A DNA stretch of 64,000 nt from contig OZ242214.1 of assembly GCA_965206595.1 (NCBI GenBank), forward strand, positions 4,256,001 to 4,320,000, read 5' to 3'. Origin of the DNA: Candidatus Latescibacterota bacterium. GTDB lineage: Bacteria > Latescibacterota > UBA2968 > UBA8231. Within the stretch, counting starts at the first letter, position 1, and the number at the start of each line of letters is the position of its first letter. This document shows positions 9,533-20,353 of the stretch, in pieces. A program made the position numbers and the translations under genes. The notes under the pieces are model-generated. The model was not told the DNA's origin, searched no databases, and was given only the letters and a program-made list of their open reading frames with translations.

Positions 9533-10183
9533 ATGCCGGTTTTTCGCGCAGGCAGCGGCCAGGCCCCGGCCTGGTGCGAGCTGCATCGATTCGACGTCGT
9601 CGACCTGCCCGCCGGCGCCGGCAGGTACGACTTAGACCGCGCCGGCCCCAGGGAGAAGCTGATCGTCGGGGAGGGCGCCTGCACAGTCGCGGTTGGTGAC
9701 CGTGAGCAGGAGGCTGAGAAGGGGGCCAATATCGACCTGCCGGAAGGGGAAGGGGAGGCCGGTTTCGGCATCCTCGAGGTCTCCGAGGACGCCACCCTGA
9801 TCCGCATGGCCGGCGACTGGGGGGACGAGGTCGGCGGCTCCGGGCTGTTCTCGGTAGACGAGGCGGTCGACAGCGACCGCGCCGACCGGGGAGATCCCGT
9901 CTCCTACGAGAAGCGGACCCGCTTCGACTGCCACTTCCACGACTGCGACGAGTACTGGATCCTGTTCGCCGGCAGCGGCGTCGCCGTCTCGGAAGGGAAG
10001 AGGTACGAGGTTTCGGCAGGGGACTGCGTGGCCACCGGGATGGGAAACCACCATGACTTCCCGGTCGTTCACGAACCGGTGCGGGCCGTCTTTTTCGAGA
10101 CCACCATGGAAGGGGAGATGCGCCGCGGCCACCTCTGGGACCACACCCACGGGAAGGCGCAGCCGCGGGCGCAGCGGGTCTGA
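9533..10183 (+). CDS. Cupin-domain protein
   Basis: HFHDCDEYW...G...HHD cupin metal motif; good RBS. Confidence 0.8.
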   Translation: MPVFRAGSGQAPAWCELHRFDVVDLPAGAGRYDLDRAGPREKLIVGEGACTVAVGDREQEAEKGANIDLPEGEGEAGFGILEVSEDATLIRMAGDWGDEVGGSGLFSVDEAVDSDRADRGDPVSYEKRTRFDCHFHDCDEYWILFAGSGVAVSEGKRYEVSAGDCVATGMGNHHDFPVVHEPVRAVFFETTMEGEMRRGHLWDHTHGKAQPRAQRV

Positions 10184-10279
10184 AGGCGGTCAGGATCGAA
10201 AAAAGAAGGTCTCCGCCATCTCACCACTTGGTCGGTCTCCTGCTATGGAAGGGATCGCGGCGCGGCGAGGACCAGCCCG

Positions 10280-11678
10280 CTATTTGCTTTCCTGCAGGCG
10301 CCCGAGCGCCCTCCGTGCCAGCTCCAGTGTCGAATCCTCCTGCACCGCCCTCTGCAGCGCGGCGACCGCCTCTTCCCGGCGGCCCTGCTCGGCGTAGGCC
10401 ATTCCCAGGTTCAGGTGGGCCCGCGCCAGGTCCGGGCGCAGGCCCACCACCCTTTCGAAGGTGGCAACCGCCCGCGCCAGGCGCCCTGCCTGCTGCTGGG
10501 CGAGCCCCATGTCGTTGAGGGCGGTGACGAGCCCTGCGTCCGCGGAATACGCCCGCCCGTACGCGGCGATGGCGAGGTCCAGTTTGCCCTGACTGTGCAA
10601 GGCCCCTGCCAGGGCGTAGTGGGCTTTGGCGAACTCAGGTTTCAACGCCACCGCACGCTCGAACGCCGCCGCGGCCTCGGCGCCGCGGCCCTGCAGCAGG
10701 TATTCCCGCCCGACGGCGAACTGCAGCCCGGCACGTCCGGAGTGACCCTGAGCACTTTCCGATAGCGGTTGATGCGGTCCTGTACCGGCTGCAGGCGCGT
10801 GAACAACTGCTGTTCCCGGCGCGCGGCCTGCGGCAGGTCCAGGGCTTCGTACAGGCGGGCGAGATGCTCGTGCGGTGTCGGGGCCCAAGGGGCCAGGCCC
10901 GCGGCGGCCTGAAAGGCCTCGACCGCGGAGCGACGATTTCCCGTGCGCAGGTAGGCGAGGCCCAGCCGGTTGCGAATCTCCCATGCCCTCGGCGCCAGCG
11001 CGGCTGCTTTCTCGAGAGCGGCGACCGCCCGTTCCGGTTGATCGAGGCTCAGCCGGATCGCTCCCAGCAGGTGGAAGACAGGTGCACGGGTCGAGTCCTT
11101 CGACGCCGCCTCTTCCAGGACGCGGGCCGCCTCCCGGATCCGTCCCAGGCGCTTGAACAGGGTGACGGCGAGGGAGTAATAGGCCTCCATGTGGTGCGGC
11201 TCCCGCCTGATCGCCTCCCGGAACAGCTGCTCGGCCTCCTCGTGGCGGACCTCTTCGTGGCGTTCGACCCCCATCAGGTAGATCTCCCGGGCCGTGGCCT
11301 GCGCCGGAAGCGCGGCCAGACCGGCGGTCCCTTCACCGGCCGGATCGGCCCTCCTTTCTCCTGCGGGAGATCCCGCCGGACCGGGTGGGGCCCCCGCCAA
11401 GGCGGTTGGGCGCCATTCGCCCGGCCTCGTGGTTGCGACCGCGTATGAGGCGACCGGGTCGTCTTCTCCTTCCCTGATCTGCAAGTACCGTCCGCTTTCC
11501 GGCTTCTCGAGAACCTGTACCCGGCCGGAAGGCCAGAGGATCTCCACCCGGTCCACCTCTTCCCGGGACCCAAGCCCGAACAGCAGTCGGTGGTCGTGTG
11601 CCGACTGATAGCCGTAGCTCCGTCGCACCTCCCGGGTCCGGGTGCGCCCGCCGGCGCCCAGGAGCACGCGGGCGCCGA
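10280..11678 (-). pseudogene. 3' part of a CRTAC1/ASPIC-UnbV plus TPR-repeat protein, frameshifted and 5'-truncated by IS66
   Basis: IGARV...REVRRSYGYQSAHDHRLLFGLG...VEILWPSG (ASPIC/UnbV) then TPRs; 1-nt frameshift near 10735 links ORFs 10642-11922 and 10280-10984. Confidence 0.8.
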
Positions 11679-13114
11679 TACAGATCGTGGAACAACAGAC
11701 GGCGCGCATTGGGGAGCTGGAGCGGGAATTGGCCCGCCGCAAAGGGCGCTCCCGCCGCGGTGCCCGGGCCGCCTCGTCGCAATCGGGCGCTTCCTCCTCG
11801 CCGCGCACCGACACCTCCCGACGCCGATCCTCGGGGCGCTCGCCGGGCGGACAGCCCGGGCACGAAGGACCCGGCCGCTCGTGGGTATCGGTGGAGCAGG
11901 TGGACGAACGGATCCCGGTCAAGCCGAGTACGTGCCACGGATGCGGGCACCCGTTGACGGGAGACGATCCTCATCCGCAGCGTCACCAGGAAGTCGTCAT
12001 CCCGCCGCTGCGGGCCGAGGTCATCGAGTATCAGTTGCACACCCTGCGCTGCGCTCACTGCGACCGCCTGACCGAAGCCGGTTGGCCCGAGGGCGTATCG
12101 CGCCACACCTTCGGTCCCAGCGTGCAAGCCTGGGTCGGCCTGCTGGCCGGGGCCTACCGGCTGAGCAAGCGCAACATCCGGGCGCTGTTGTCCGACGCCT
12201 TCGGCCTCAAGGTGTCGCTGGGTACGGTCAGCCGGCTGGAACGGGAGGTGGCCGCGGCCCTGGCGGGTGCGGTCGAGGAGGCGCGCGCCTTCGTTCGCCG
12301 ACAGGGCCTCGTCAACGTCGACGAGACCGGCTGGCGCCAGCGCCGCGCCAAGGCCTGGTTGTGGACGGCGGTGACGGCCGGCGTCTCGGTGTTCGCCATT
12401 CGCCCCAGCCGCGGCCGTGACGGGGTCGATGAGGTGCTGGGTGTGGATAACCGGGCGGTGGTCGGCTCCGATCGCTATTCGGCCTACGGGCATCTGCCGC
12501 TGCGACGCCGGCAAGTCTGCTGGGCTCATCTGCGGCGCGCCTTCGAGGAGTTCGTGGCCCGGGGCGGAGAGGCCGAGCGCGTCGGTCAACACCTGTTGGA
12601 CCGCAGCGAGCAGCTGTTTACCTGGTGGCATCAAGTCCGCGACGGTACCCTGTCCCGCGCCCGCTTCCAGGACTATATCGACGATTTGTGCCTGCGCTTT
12701 CGTTTTCATTTGTGCTATGGGCAGCGGTTCGCCGACGCCAAGACGGCGGCCACCTGCGCCAACCTCCTCGACCTCGGGCCGGCCCTGTGGACCTTCGCAC
12801 GCAGAGAAGGCGTCGAGCCGACCAACAACGACGCCGAACGAGCCCTTCGCCATGGCGTGTTGTGGCGTCACACCAGCTTCGGCACCCACAGTGCCGAAGG
12901 CAGCCGTTTTGTAGAGCGCCTGCTCACGGTGCGCGATACCCTGGGCCAGCAACAGCGCAACGTCCTCGACTATCTCAGGATGGCCTGTCAGGCTGCCGTG
13001 TCTCAGCAGCCGGCGCCCTCGCTGCTGCCTTCAACCCACTCCGCCATTCGTTAATATCAGCGCGCAACCATTCCGCCCCCCGGCCCCAACCTGCCAGGGG
13101 AACTGAACGGTTAC
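11679..13114 (+). mobile_element. IS66-family element (single-ORF type), left end deleted
   Basis: Transposase to 13054 with SPGGQPGHEG, Zn-finger, VDETGW, QVCWAHLRR, EPTNNDAERALR; right end aactgaacggttac (reverse complement GTAACCGTTCAG); no left IR. Confidence 0.88.
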
Positions 13115-13216
13115 GAATCAGAAGACAGCATCCGCCCATCGAGGAAGGTGTCCGCTTGAAGGTCTGATATGCCGGGGGGAGATGGGAACCGCGCCAGGGC
13201 AGGGACTACCAGGCCG

Positions 13217-14113
13217 TCAGCCAGCCGCTGAACCAGCGCCGCAGCCCCTCGAGAAACGGCTCCCGCCGGCCGGGGACCAGGCCGGCTCCCGGTCCGAGAC
13301 GTACTCAGCGGTCAATCTCGTGACCCCGGTTCCGTCAACGGCCATGCAGTAGACATGGAAGTTCCAGTCCCGGTTGGAAACGAAGGCGATCTCCCTGCCG
13401 TCGCTGGAAATGGCCGGTTCCAAATCCTGTCCGGGGTGATTGCTGAGGTTGACTACCTCCCCGCCGGCTACCTCCACGATGCAGATCTCAAGATTGCCGA
13501 AGCGGTCGCTCTCGAAGGCGATGCGGCCGTCCGGCAACCAGGCCGGGCGCGCGTCGTGCCCCTCGTGGCGGGTCAGGTTGCGCAGGTTGCCGCCGTCGCG
13601 GTCGGCGAGGAACACCTCGAGATTCCCGTCGCGGAAAGTGGTGAAAGCGAGGAGCCGCCCATCGGGCGACCAGGCCGGCTGGATGCCGTTCCCCACGATC
13701 CGCCGGATCGCCGCTTCCCCGTCCCCCGGCTTCATCAGGTAGATGTCGTACGACCCCTCCGCCGTTCCACCTCCGAAGACGATCGTGCGGTCCGGCCCCC
13801 AGCAGATGCCCGCCACGCTGGTTATATGCGACGGTACCGGCACCCTCGTCCGTTTCTCGCCGGCCGCGGAAACCACGTGGAACTCGCTCTTGCTTTGGGT
13901 GTGAGCGACGTACAGGACGCGCCGCCCGTCCGGGGCCCAGCGCGGGCTGGCGGTTCCCCATCCCCAGTTCTCCGCGGAGATGCGCACGATGGAGGATCCG
14001 TCCCTCGCCATGCGAAAGACGCTCCCCTCGAAGTCATGGGCTGCGGTGGGTTGCTGCCAAAGGAGCGAACAGAGCGTCAGGATGACGGCAAGCCTGCCGA
14101 ATGATCCAGGCAT
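13217..14113 (-). CDS. Secreted TolB-like PD40 beta-propeller protein (C-terminus possibly damaged)
   Basis: Signal peptide ending PTAA; repeated P(A/R)WSPDG, RDGNLEVF, NLTRHEGHD motifs. Confidence 0.8.
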   Translation of the reverse strand: MPGSFGRLAVILTLCSLLWQQPTAAHDFEGSVFRMARDGSSIVRISAENWGWGTASPRWAPDGRRVLYVAHTQSKSEFHVVSAAGEKRTRVPVPSHITSVAGICWGPDRTIVFGGGTAEGSYDIYLMKPGDGEAAIRRIVGNGIQPAWSPDGRLLAFTTFRDGNLEVFLADRDGGNLRNLTRHEGHDARPAWLPDGRIAFESDRFGNLEICIVEVAGGEVVNLSNHPGQDLEPAISSDGREIAFVSNRDWNFHVYCMAVDGTGVTRLTAEYVSDREPAWSPAGGSRFSRGCGAGSAAG

Positions 14114-14209
14114 GACTCGAGTCCAAGGGGAAGGGTGAGAAGAAGGCGAATCAGGGTGAGCCGACGGACCGCCAAGGCTCACCAGGGAGAGACGGGATGG
14201 GATGGAACG

Positions 14210-15169
14210 CTACTCGATTTTCAGGGAGGCCTTGATCCGGCCCCAGGAGACCGACTCTACCACGCTGCCATCCGTTTCGGAGGGCAGCAGCAATCCGTCG
14301 AGAAAGGCATCCGCCCGATGGAACTGTATGTTCCTGAACGTGCGGTTGCGCTCGTCCGACTGCTGGAAATCGAGCCCCCAATTTCTCCACTCTGTACCGG
14401 GCGGGTCATAGTCATGCACTAAAATCGTGAAACCGATAACCCCGCCCGCGGAAAACCGGCTGACTGCGCCCCCGGCAGGGCCGTGCCAGGATTCTTCCCC
14501 CCAGCGGTCGAACGGCGTCACGTACAGCTCGACCACCCAGATGACCGGGGCTTCTGAGGCGACGCCGCCCCCGCTTTCCGCATAGGGTGGAAGGGTCGTC
14601 CATGAAAGCATTCCAGTCTGGACTCTATATATCACATCACTCAAGGTCGGACCGCTGGCGGTGTGTGAGATAGCCGCGTAAAACTGAGTCTGCCCGTGAC
14701 CCTCGATCCATCGCTCCATTGGGTCGCCGTTGGAATTACCCGCACCTCCGCTGTGATCTCCGTCGATCGCCAGCGTGATGCTGTCATTCATGTGTACGTA
14801 CTGTCGATTTACATTAGAACTGCCGTAGTCGTGGGTGTTCTTGTACACGTCGTCGCTGGCCACGAAAGCGACGTAGAGACGGGCAGGCTCGTCGTGCCAG
14901 GCCAGCCAGATGCGGAAGTCCAGGTCGGAAGGATCAAGCGGGGAGTCCGCAATTTCTTCCGTGAAATCCAGCAGGGTCAGGGTCGGCTCCCCGATCAGGT
15001 CGATCCACTCCTGTATCTGGCCGTCGCCGAGCTGGATCTCGGCCAGCATCTCGTCGCTGAGGTAGGCAATCGGGTACAGGCGATCGCCGACGTGGGCACC
15101 GGCCTGGAGGGCCACCCAGAGGAGCAGGCCCAGGGTGGGGTTACACAGCTTTTTGATCCGCACAGGCAT
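14210..15169 (-). CDS. Secreted protein of a lineage-expanded family (CBM9/DOMON-like core) with C-terminal SWGRIK motif
   Basis: RBS gaaggag; signal peptide ending QAGA-HVGDR; DG..EW and DFRIWLAW...LYVAF...DD pattern; ends SVVESVSWGRIKASLKIE; homologous to ORFs at 53.9-58.6 kb. Confidence 0.78.
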   Translation of the reverse strand: MPVRIKKLCNPTLGLLLWVALQAGAHVGDRLYPIAYLSDEMLAEIQLGDGQIQEWIDLIGEPTLTLLDFTEEIADSPLDPSDLDFRIWLAWHDEPARLYVAFVASDDVYKNTHDYGSSNVNRQYVHMNDSITLAIDGDHSGGAGNSNGDPMERWIEGHGQTQFYAAISHTASGPTLSDVIYRVQTGMLSWTTLPPYAESGGGVASEAPVIWVVELYVTPFDRWGEESWHGPAGGAVSRFSAGGVIGFTILVHDYDPPGTEWRNWGLDFQQSDERNRTFRNIQFHRADAFLDGLLLPSETDGSVVESVSWGRIKASLKIE

Positions 15170-15357
15170 GGCTCTCCTTCCCTGCTCAAGACCCGACTCG
15201 GCGGACCGGCCCTCGGCTTTCCCGGTCGAAGCCGGGAGGTGCGGGTATCGCGCATTTACCGCAAAGAAAAAAGACGGACAAGCGCCCCGACGCACCCGGA
15301 AGAAGGGTTCGCGGGACACTCGTCCGCCCGGCGCAGACTTGGCTGGAGGGGGGCATC

Positions 15358-15564
15358 TCAGTCACAGTCGCAACAGTTGCCACCCTCGTACCAGGTGTAG
15401 CTTCCGTGTCCTATCTGGGAGCACGCGTAGGCGCATTCTCCATCGGAGTAAACCCCGCCGAAATGGTGCAATGAACCTGCACCCAGAAACAACGCCCCGG
15501 CAGAGAGCATGACTCCCGTCGCAATGGCGAGGGGGATCTTGGACCGCCTCAGAAAGTGTGGCAT
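15358..15564 (-). CDS. Small secreted cysteine-rich (defensin-like) peptide, 68 aa
   Basis: RBS agagg; basic N-region plus hydrophobic stretch; CAYAC-x15-CCDC at the C-terminus. Confidence 0.6.
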   Translation of the reverse strand: MPHFLRRSKIPLAIATGVMLSAGALFLGAGSLHHFGGVYSDGECAYACSQIGHGSYTWYEGGNCCDCD

Positions 15565-15870
15565 TTTCTGCCTCTTTTTGTTGTGAGGTAAGGTTTTCCC
15601 GGCATCGACCTGTTCCGAAAGAAACGGCTCCTTCCGGTCGCCGGGACGGAAATCCGGCGCGCAACCTCGCCGCTCCCTCCTGTTGCCACCGGCCTCATCG
15701 GTGCACTGCCATCGCCTTCTCTATTGCTGCTGCTGCCCTCCAACACCAAGTCTGCAAGGAGTCCATCGAACACCAGCCCGATGGTTGCCTTGAGGGGTAA
15801 GGTAAAAAAAATGCCCGGGAACAACAGGCTTTTTTTGCCAAGGTCACCCCTTCCTGTCGCCGAAACCACG

Positions 15871-16724
15871 GAACCTATCTCAAAATAGGCAAACTTAAAC
15901 TTGTTTTCGAAATGACAGTGATGTACCATTGGTGTATGGTCAATCTGACCGACATGCAATGGCAACGAATCCGGCATCACTTTCCTGAAGAACTTCGTCC
16001 CAAGAGCCATCCGGGTCGCAAACCGGTTTGCACCCGTGATGTTTTTGAAGCCGTCCTTTGGATTCTAAACACCGGGGCTCGATGGCCTATGTTGCCGCCG
16101 TGCTATCCGAACTACAAAACCGTGCATCGCCGTTTTCAAAACGGGTGTCGTCAAGGGGTGGTGCGCGAAGTTCTCATGGACCTGGCCCAGACTCTTCACG
16201 AGCAAGGGGGCCTGGACGAATCGGAGGCTTTCATCGATGGCATGTTCTCGGCGGCCAAGGGTGGAGGTGCCGATATCGGCCACACCAGGCGAGGTAAGGG
16301 GGTGCGGGTCATGGGGATCGTGGACGGCAATGGGCTTCCCTTGTCGGTGAGCACGCATGCAGCGAACCATCATGAAGTGACGCTGGTTCAGTCGACCTTT
16401 GACTTTTACTTGATCGAAGACCAACCTGACAACTTGATCGGCGATAAAGCGTACGACAGCGATTCGTTGGATGAAGAGCTTAAGAAAGACGGGATCGAGA
16501 TGATCGCCCCGCATCGCCAGAATCGGAGCAAGCAAAAGACTCAGGATGGACGGCGATTGCGGCGATATGTGCGGCGTTGGATGGTTGAGAGATTCTTTGC
16601 TTGGCTTCAATGGCAGCGTCGAGTGATCACTCGCTGGGAATTGTATCCGGAGAATTTTCTTGGCTTCGTCCAACTTGCATCCATTTTGATTTTGCTTAAA
16701 CAATTTCAATTTTGAGATAGGTTC
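15871..16724 (+). mobile_element. IS5-family element, copy 1
   Basis: 16-bp IRs gaacctatctcaaaat / attttgagataggttc. Confidence 0.92.
15936..16715 (+). CDS. IS5-family transposase
   Basis: LTDMQW, GRKP, WILNTGARW, FIDG, LIGDKAYDSD, RWMVERFFAWL. Confidence 0.92.
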   Translation: MVNLTDMQWQRIRHHFPEELRPKSHPGRKPVCTRDVFEAVLWILNTGARWPMLPPCYPNYKTVHRRFQNGCRQGVVREVLMDLAQTLHEQGGLDESEAFIDGMFSAAKGGGADIGHTRRGKGVRVMGIVDGNGLPLSVSTHAANHHEVTLVQSTFDFYLIEDQPDNLIGDKAYDSDSLDEELKKDGIEMIAPHRQNRSKQKTQDGRRLRRYVRRWMVERFFAWLQWQRRVITRWELYPENFLGFVQLASILILLKQFQF

Positions 16725-16740
16725 CAGTGATAGGGAACGC

Positions 16741-17145
16741 ATGATGGATCTGTCTATTCCGTATAAACCCGCGGTCGCCGGCATGGCGGAGGCGGGCATC
16801 TTGGAGTCTGAAGGCGGCGAGGTGCGACTGCCCCGCCCGGAGGTATTGCCCAAAGATTGGGACCCTGCCGCAGACCGCCGGCTTCCCGTCTGGGAGGTCG
16901 TTAATCACTTCGTGAGCGTCCTGGTATCCGGAGGAGAGACCGGGCCGACGGGCTTCATCAGGCAACTCGGCGGCGTCGACGAAACCGCCCGCGAGTTCGC
17001 GTACTCCCTGTACGCGGTCGCGGAGCGAAAGAACCCCACCGCCGAAACGCTGTCCTACAAGGCCCTGGTCCTGAGCTGGCGGCAGATCGCGCGCCTGGCG
17101 CGCCAGGAGGCGCCAGCTGAGCAGGGCGGGCTGTTTGGAAACTGA
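16741..17145 (+). pseudogene. C-terminal remnant of a DUF1156-type DNA methyltransferase
   Basis: LPKDWDPAADRRLPVWE...AREFAYSLY...YKALVLSW matches, by recall, DUF1156 protein C-termini; cut by IS5. Confidence 0.65.
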
Positions 17146-17534
17146 GAGTCGGGAACCAAAGGTTGAAGGCTTCCATAGCAGGCGGCAAATTATCGTCATC
17201 AGAACCCTTGAAGGCAGGCTTGAAGGGGAAGAGGACAATGCAGAAAGAAGGCAGACACGAGCGAAAAGACTTTCGACCAATGGGTATCAGGAAGGGGGCT
17301 AAATAATTGTGAGACCCGTGACGGAAAGGGGCCGTGAGCTGCTGCCTGAATTCTCCGGTCTAAAGCGTATTGCCAATGCGGTCATCCTCGATGCTAAGGA
17401 CGCTGCATATGGGAACTGCCGGAACATCCTAGACCTCGATATGGAACAGGACGAAATCGACATCCTCCCGGCAATTGTAAAGGCCGACCTGCGGGAACAT
17501 CAATTGAAACCTAAAGATAAAGGGAGAAAATCGC

Positions 17535-17695
17535 GTGCTCGAAAAAGAATCAGGAACTAGGGATAAGTGGTTTGAGGACTACGCCGAAGAAGAAAAGGAA
17601 GAGGAAGATACAGTTTTAGATTACGACATAACTGCCACACCGAACGACTTCAATGTAAAAACCCTTTTCGATTTTATGGAATCAGGATCAGTCCA
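17535..17695 (+). pseudogene. N-terminal remnant of a DUF262 (GmrS/ParB-like) protein
   Basis: Acidic N-terminus then YDITATPNDFNVKTLFDFMESGSV; breaks just before the expected P.FQR motif where GC content jumps. Confidence 0.6.
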
Positions 17696-18215
17696 GGTGG
17701 TCGACAGCTCGACCCGGGCGGGCCGGTCGATGCGGATCTTGCGGTCGGCCAGGGTGTGGGCCACCGGCGGGCGGTTGGCCGGGTACACGGTCACGCGCAC
17801 CGGCAGGGTGGCTGCCCGGCCCCCTTGGTCGCGGGCGGTCACCGCGACCGTCACCCGGCCGGGGGCGACCGGGGCGATGGTGACCACCGAGTCGGCCAGG
17901 GTCGCGGTTGCGACCGCCTCGTCGCTGGAGGAGACCATAAGGGTCAGGGCGCCCCCCTCCGGGTCGCGGAAGCGGCCGGCCAGGTTCAGGGTGGCCGAGG
18001 CCCCCTCTACTTTCAGAATCTGCGCCGGCAGCCCGGCGCCCAGGGTCAGGCCGTAGGGCTCCTTCAGGCCGGAGGTGACCAAGTCTTCAACCTGGCTGCC
18101 ATTGAGGTGGGCGCGCTGGATCTTGTCGGTGCCGTAGTCGGTCCAGTACATCCTGCCCTCGCCCGGATCGAGGGCGATCGCCTGGGAGGTCTGCAGGCCC
18201 TCGGTGACCAGGTCT
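17690..18215 (-). pseudogene. Internal fragment of an LDL-receptor YWTD-repeat plus Ig/cadherin-like protein
   Basis: MYWTDYGTDKIQRAHLNGSQVEDLVTSGL, then FRDPEG...SSSDEAVAT...VTARD; both ends missing. Confidence 0.75.
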
Positions 18216-18926
18216 TCCGCAGTTGTAATGTTGTAAGTTGCTGTTAATTCGTTACTTGAAAAAACCCCCGAGAGCCGTTATACCAACAGTTATCACTCGC
18301 GGGGATTTTTTGTTGCGGTGTCCAGAGGGGGGTTTAGGTTGAGTTGCGCTACGGTTCGTGCGGTTTCAAAGAGTTTCTTTGACGGGGCCGCATCGTCGTC
18401 TCCCAGTTCTGAAAGGGCTGGGGCCGAGGATGGGCAACCCAGGCTCTCGGGCGTAACGACGCGGCCCATCTCTTTCAGGCGCTCCGGCCTGAACCCGGAG
18501 GGTCGCTTTTTGCGCGATTGCCAACCCTCCGACTGGCCGGCCCCGACAAGTCCAGCCGGGGCCGGTTCCAGAAACCGGGAAAGGGCAAGTCAAAAAAGCG
18601 AATGGGAGGCTCCAATTATCTTGCATCGTCATGACGTCGAATCGCCGAACAGCGGGGTAGCCTGTCCCAGCTCGCGGTGCCCGCGTCGGTTTTCCTGCCG
18701 CTTGCCTTCGGCCTCTCCGCGTGGGCCGCCGGGGGCATGCCGGCCGGCTCTGCGGCCTGATCGCAGCCGGGCTCTGGCCTCTGGAGAGAACAAAGGTTCG
18801 CTACATGCTCCCGTGGTAGCATGTTACCACGCGGGAGCGTCACCCTTCCTGCCGTCCGTTGAAGGAGCGCGCGATTCTTCCCAGCCAAGGTAACCATTGA
18901 GGAAAAATGGTTTGACAGAGTGGCAC

Positions 18927-19795
18927 CTAGGGGGCACTTAGCTTCACTTCCCTGACGAACAACGGCATTTTCAGGAACCTAGCAAGCCCAAATGTTTCGT
19001 AGAAGACGCCGTCGTGCCCTAGGAAGCCGGCGTTCCTGTCCCGCTGATCGACCTCCATCTCCTTCCACTCGCAATAGCCCGCATCGTCACACGTGATTTC
19101 GTCGCACGGCATCCCCTTGAACCTGCCGGCTCTTCCAGTACCGCCGATGACGTAAATCCGCATGCCGTGCGGGTTGTTGTCCCGGATGAAGTCGTGCAGA
19201 TCCGCAACCAGGAATTGCTCCGTTTTCTCTATCACGACCACGAGAACAGTCCCCCGCTCATATCTTTTTGCGAGCTTCTTGCCGATCACTTCGAACACGC
19301 TCTCCGAGTACTTTCCGTCCTGCACTATTTCCAATTTCATTGTCGAGAACGCGCGGCTGTCCCGCTCGACCGCCAGAACTTCCACGTCGGGTGGGTCGTC
19401 CTTCACGGGCTTGACGTAGTAGTCGTTGACCTCGTCGAGGAACATCGTGGATACGGCTCCGGTCAATAGTTCCACCATCTGCTTGTCGGCCGGCTTCCGG
19501 GACGCCAGTGTCGCGCCGAAACCGATGCGTTCCAGGTAACCGAAGACGGCGGCAGGGCTGATGAAGAAACGTAGGCGACTCGAACCGATTCCATATCCAA
19601 ACGCCGACACACCCAAACCAACTTGCGCAGGATGTCTTGACTGCTCGGAACCCTGCCCTTCTCGAGCGCCCTGTACCAAGCCGCGGCGACACCCGCCCGT
19701 CTCGCTGCCTGGGCCGACGTGATGCCCAGCCGTGCCCTGGCTGCTCTGAGGTCTTCCGCCACCAGACCTATGGTTTCCTCTCTTGAGTATTCCAT
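18927..19795 (-). pseudogene. XRE-HTH plus PD-(D/E)xK-like domain protein split by one frameshift
   Basis: LRAARARLGITSAQAARRAGV...ALEKG HTH from ATG 19795; frameshift near 19567 into ...KDDPPDVEV...KLEIVQ. Confidence 0.6.
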
Positions 19796-20353
19796 TGCCT
19801 CAACCGTCTTCGGCTCGCCGCCGTCCGGCTGGTGTACTGTGGGTCGCGCCGGGCGGAGAGCAACGATGGCCCGCTTTATTCGAGGGCGGCTATAACGATG
19901 CGCCGCCGGAATGAGGAGAATCGTCCATCCTGTTGCGGTATCCGGCTTTCGGGGCGAAGGAGGAGACATTCCGATGGCGCGGAGCAATCGTCCACCACCG
20001 CCAATCGCCCGTCAACCCCTACCCACTTGAGGTCGCGAGGAGCCACGTTTATTCGCCGTTCCCGAAGAACACCGTTGCGCTCATACGTTGTCTCAAACCT
20101 CCGGACCTATTATACGAGGTAAAATGGGGCACCTTTTGGGACTCTCGGTCAAGGCGCTTAGCGCACCGCCAGGGTCAGGCTAACGCCCCTGAGTGAGGAT
20201 CGTTTGCCAGCCGGCTCGACGCGGTGGTCAGGCTGAAGGCACCGTGGATCGGGCAGCGGCTCCGGGGAGTCAGGGGACCGCCGTCGTCGCCCCCGGGAGT
20301 TTGTCAGCGGCGAAAGCCTTCTGTATCTCGGGCGGCACTACCGGCTGAAGGTT

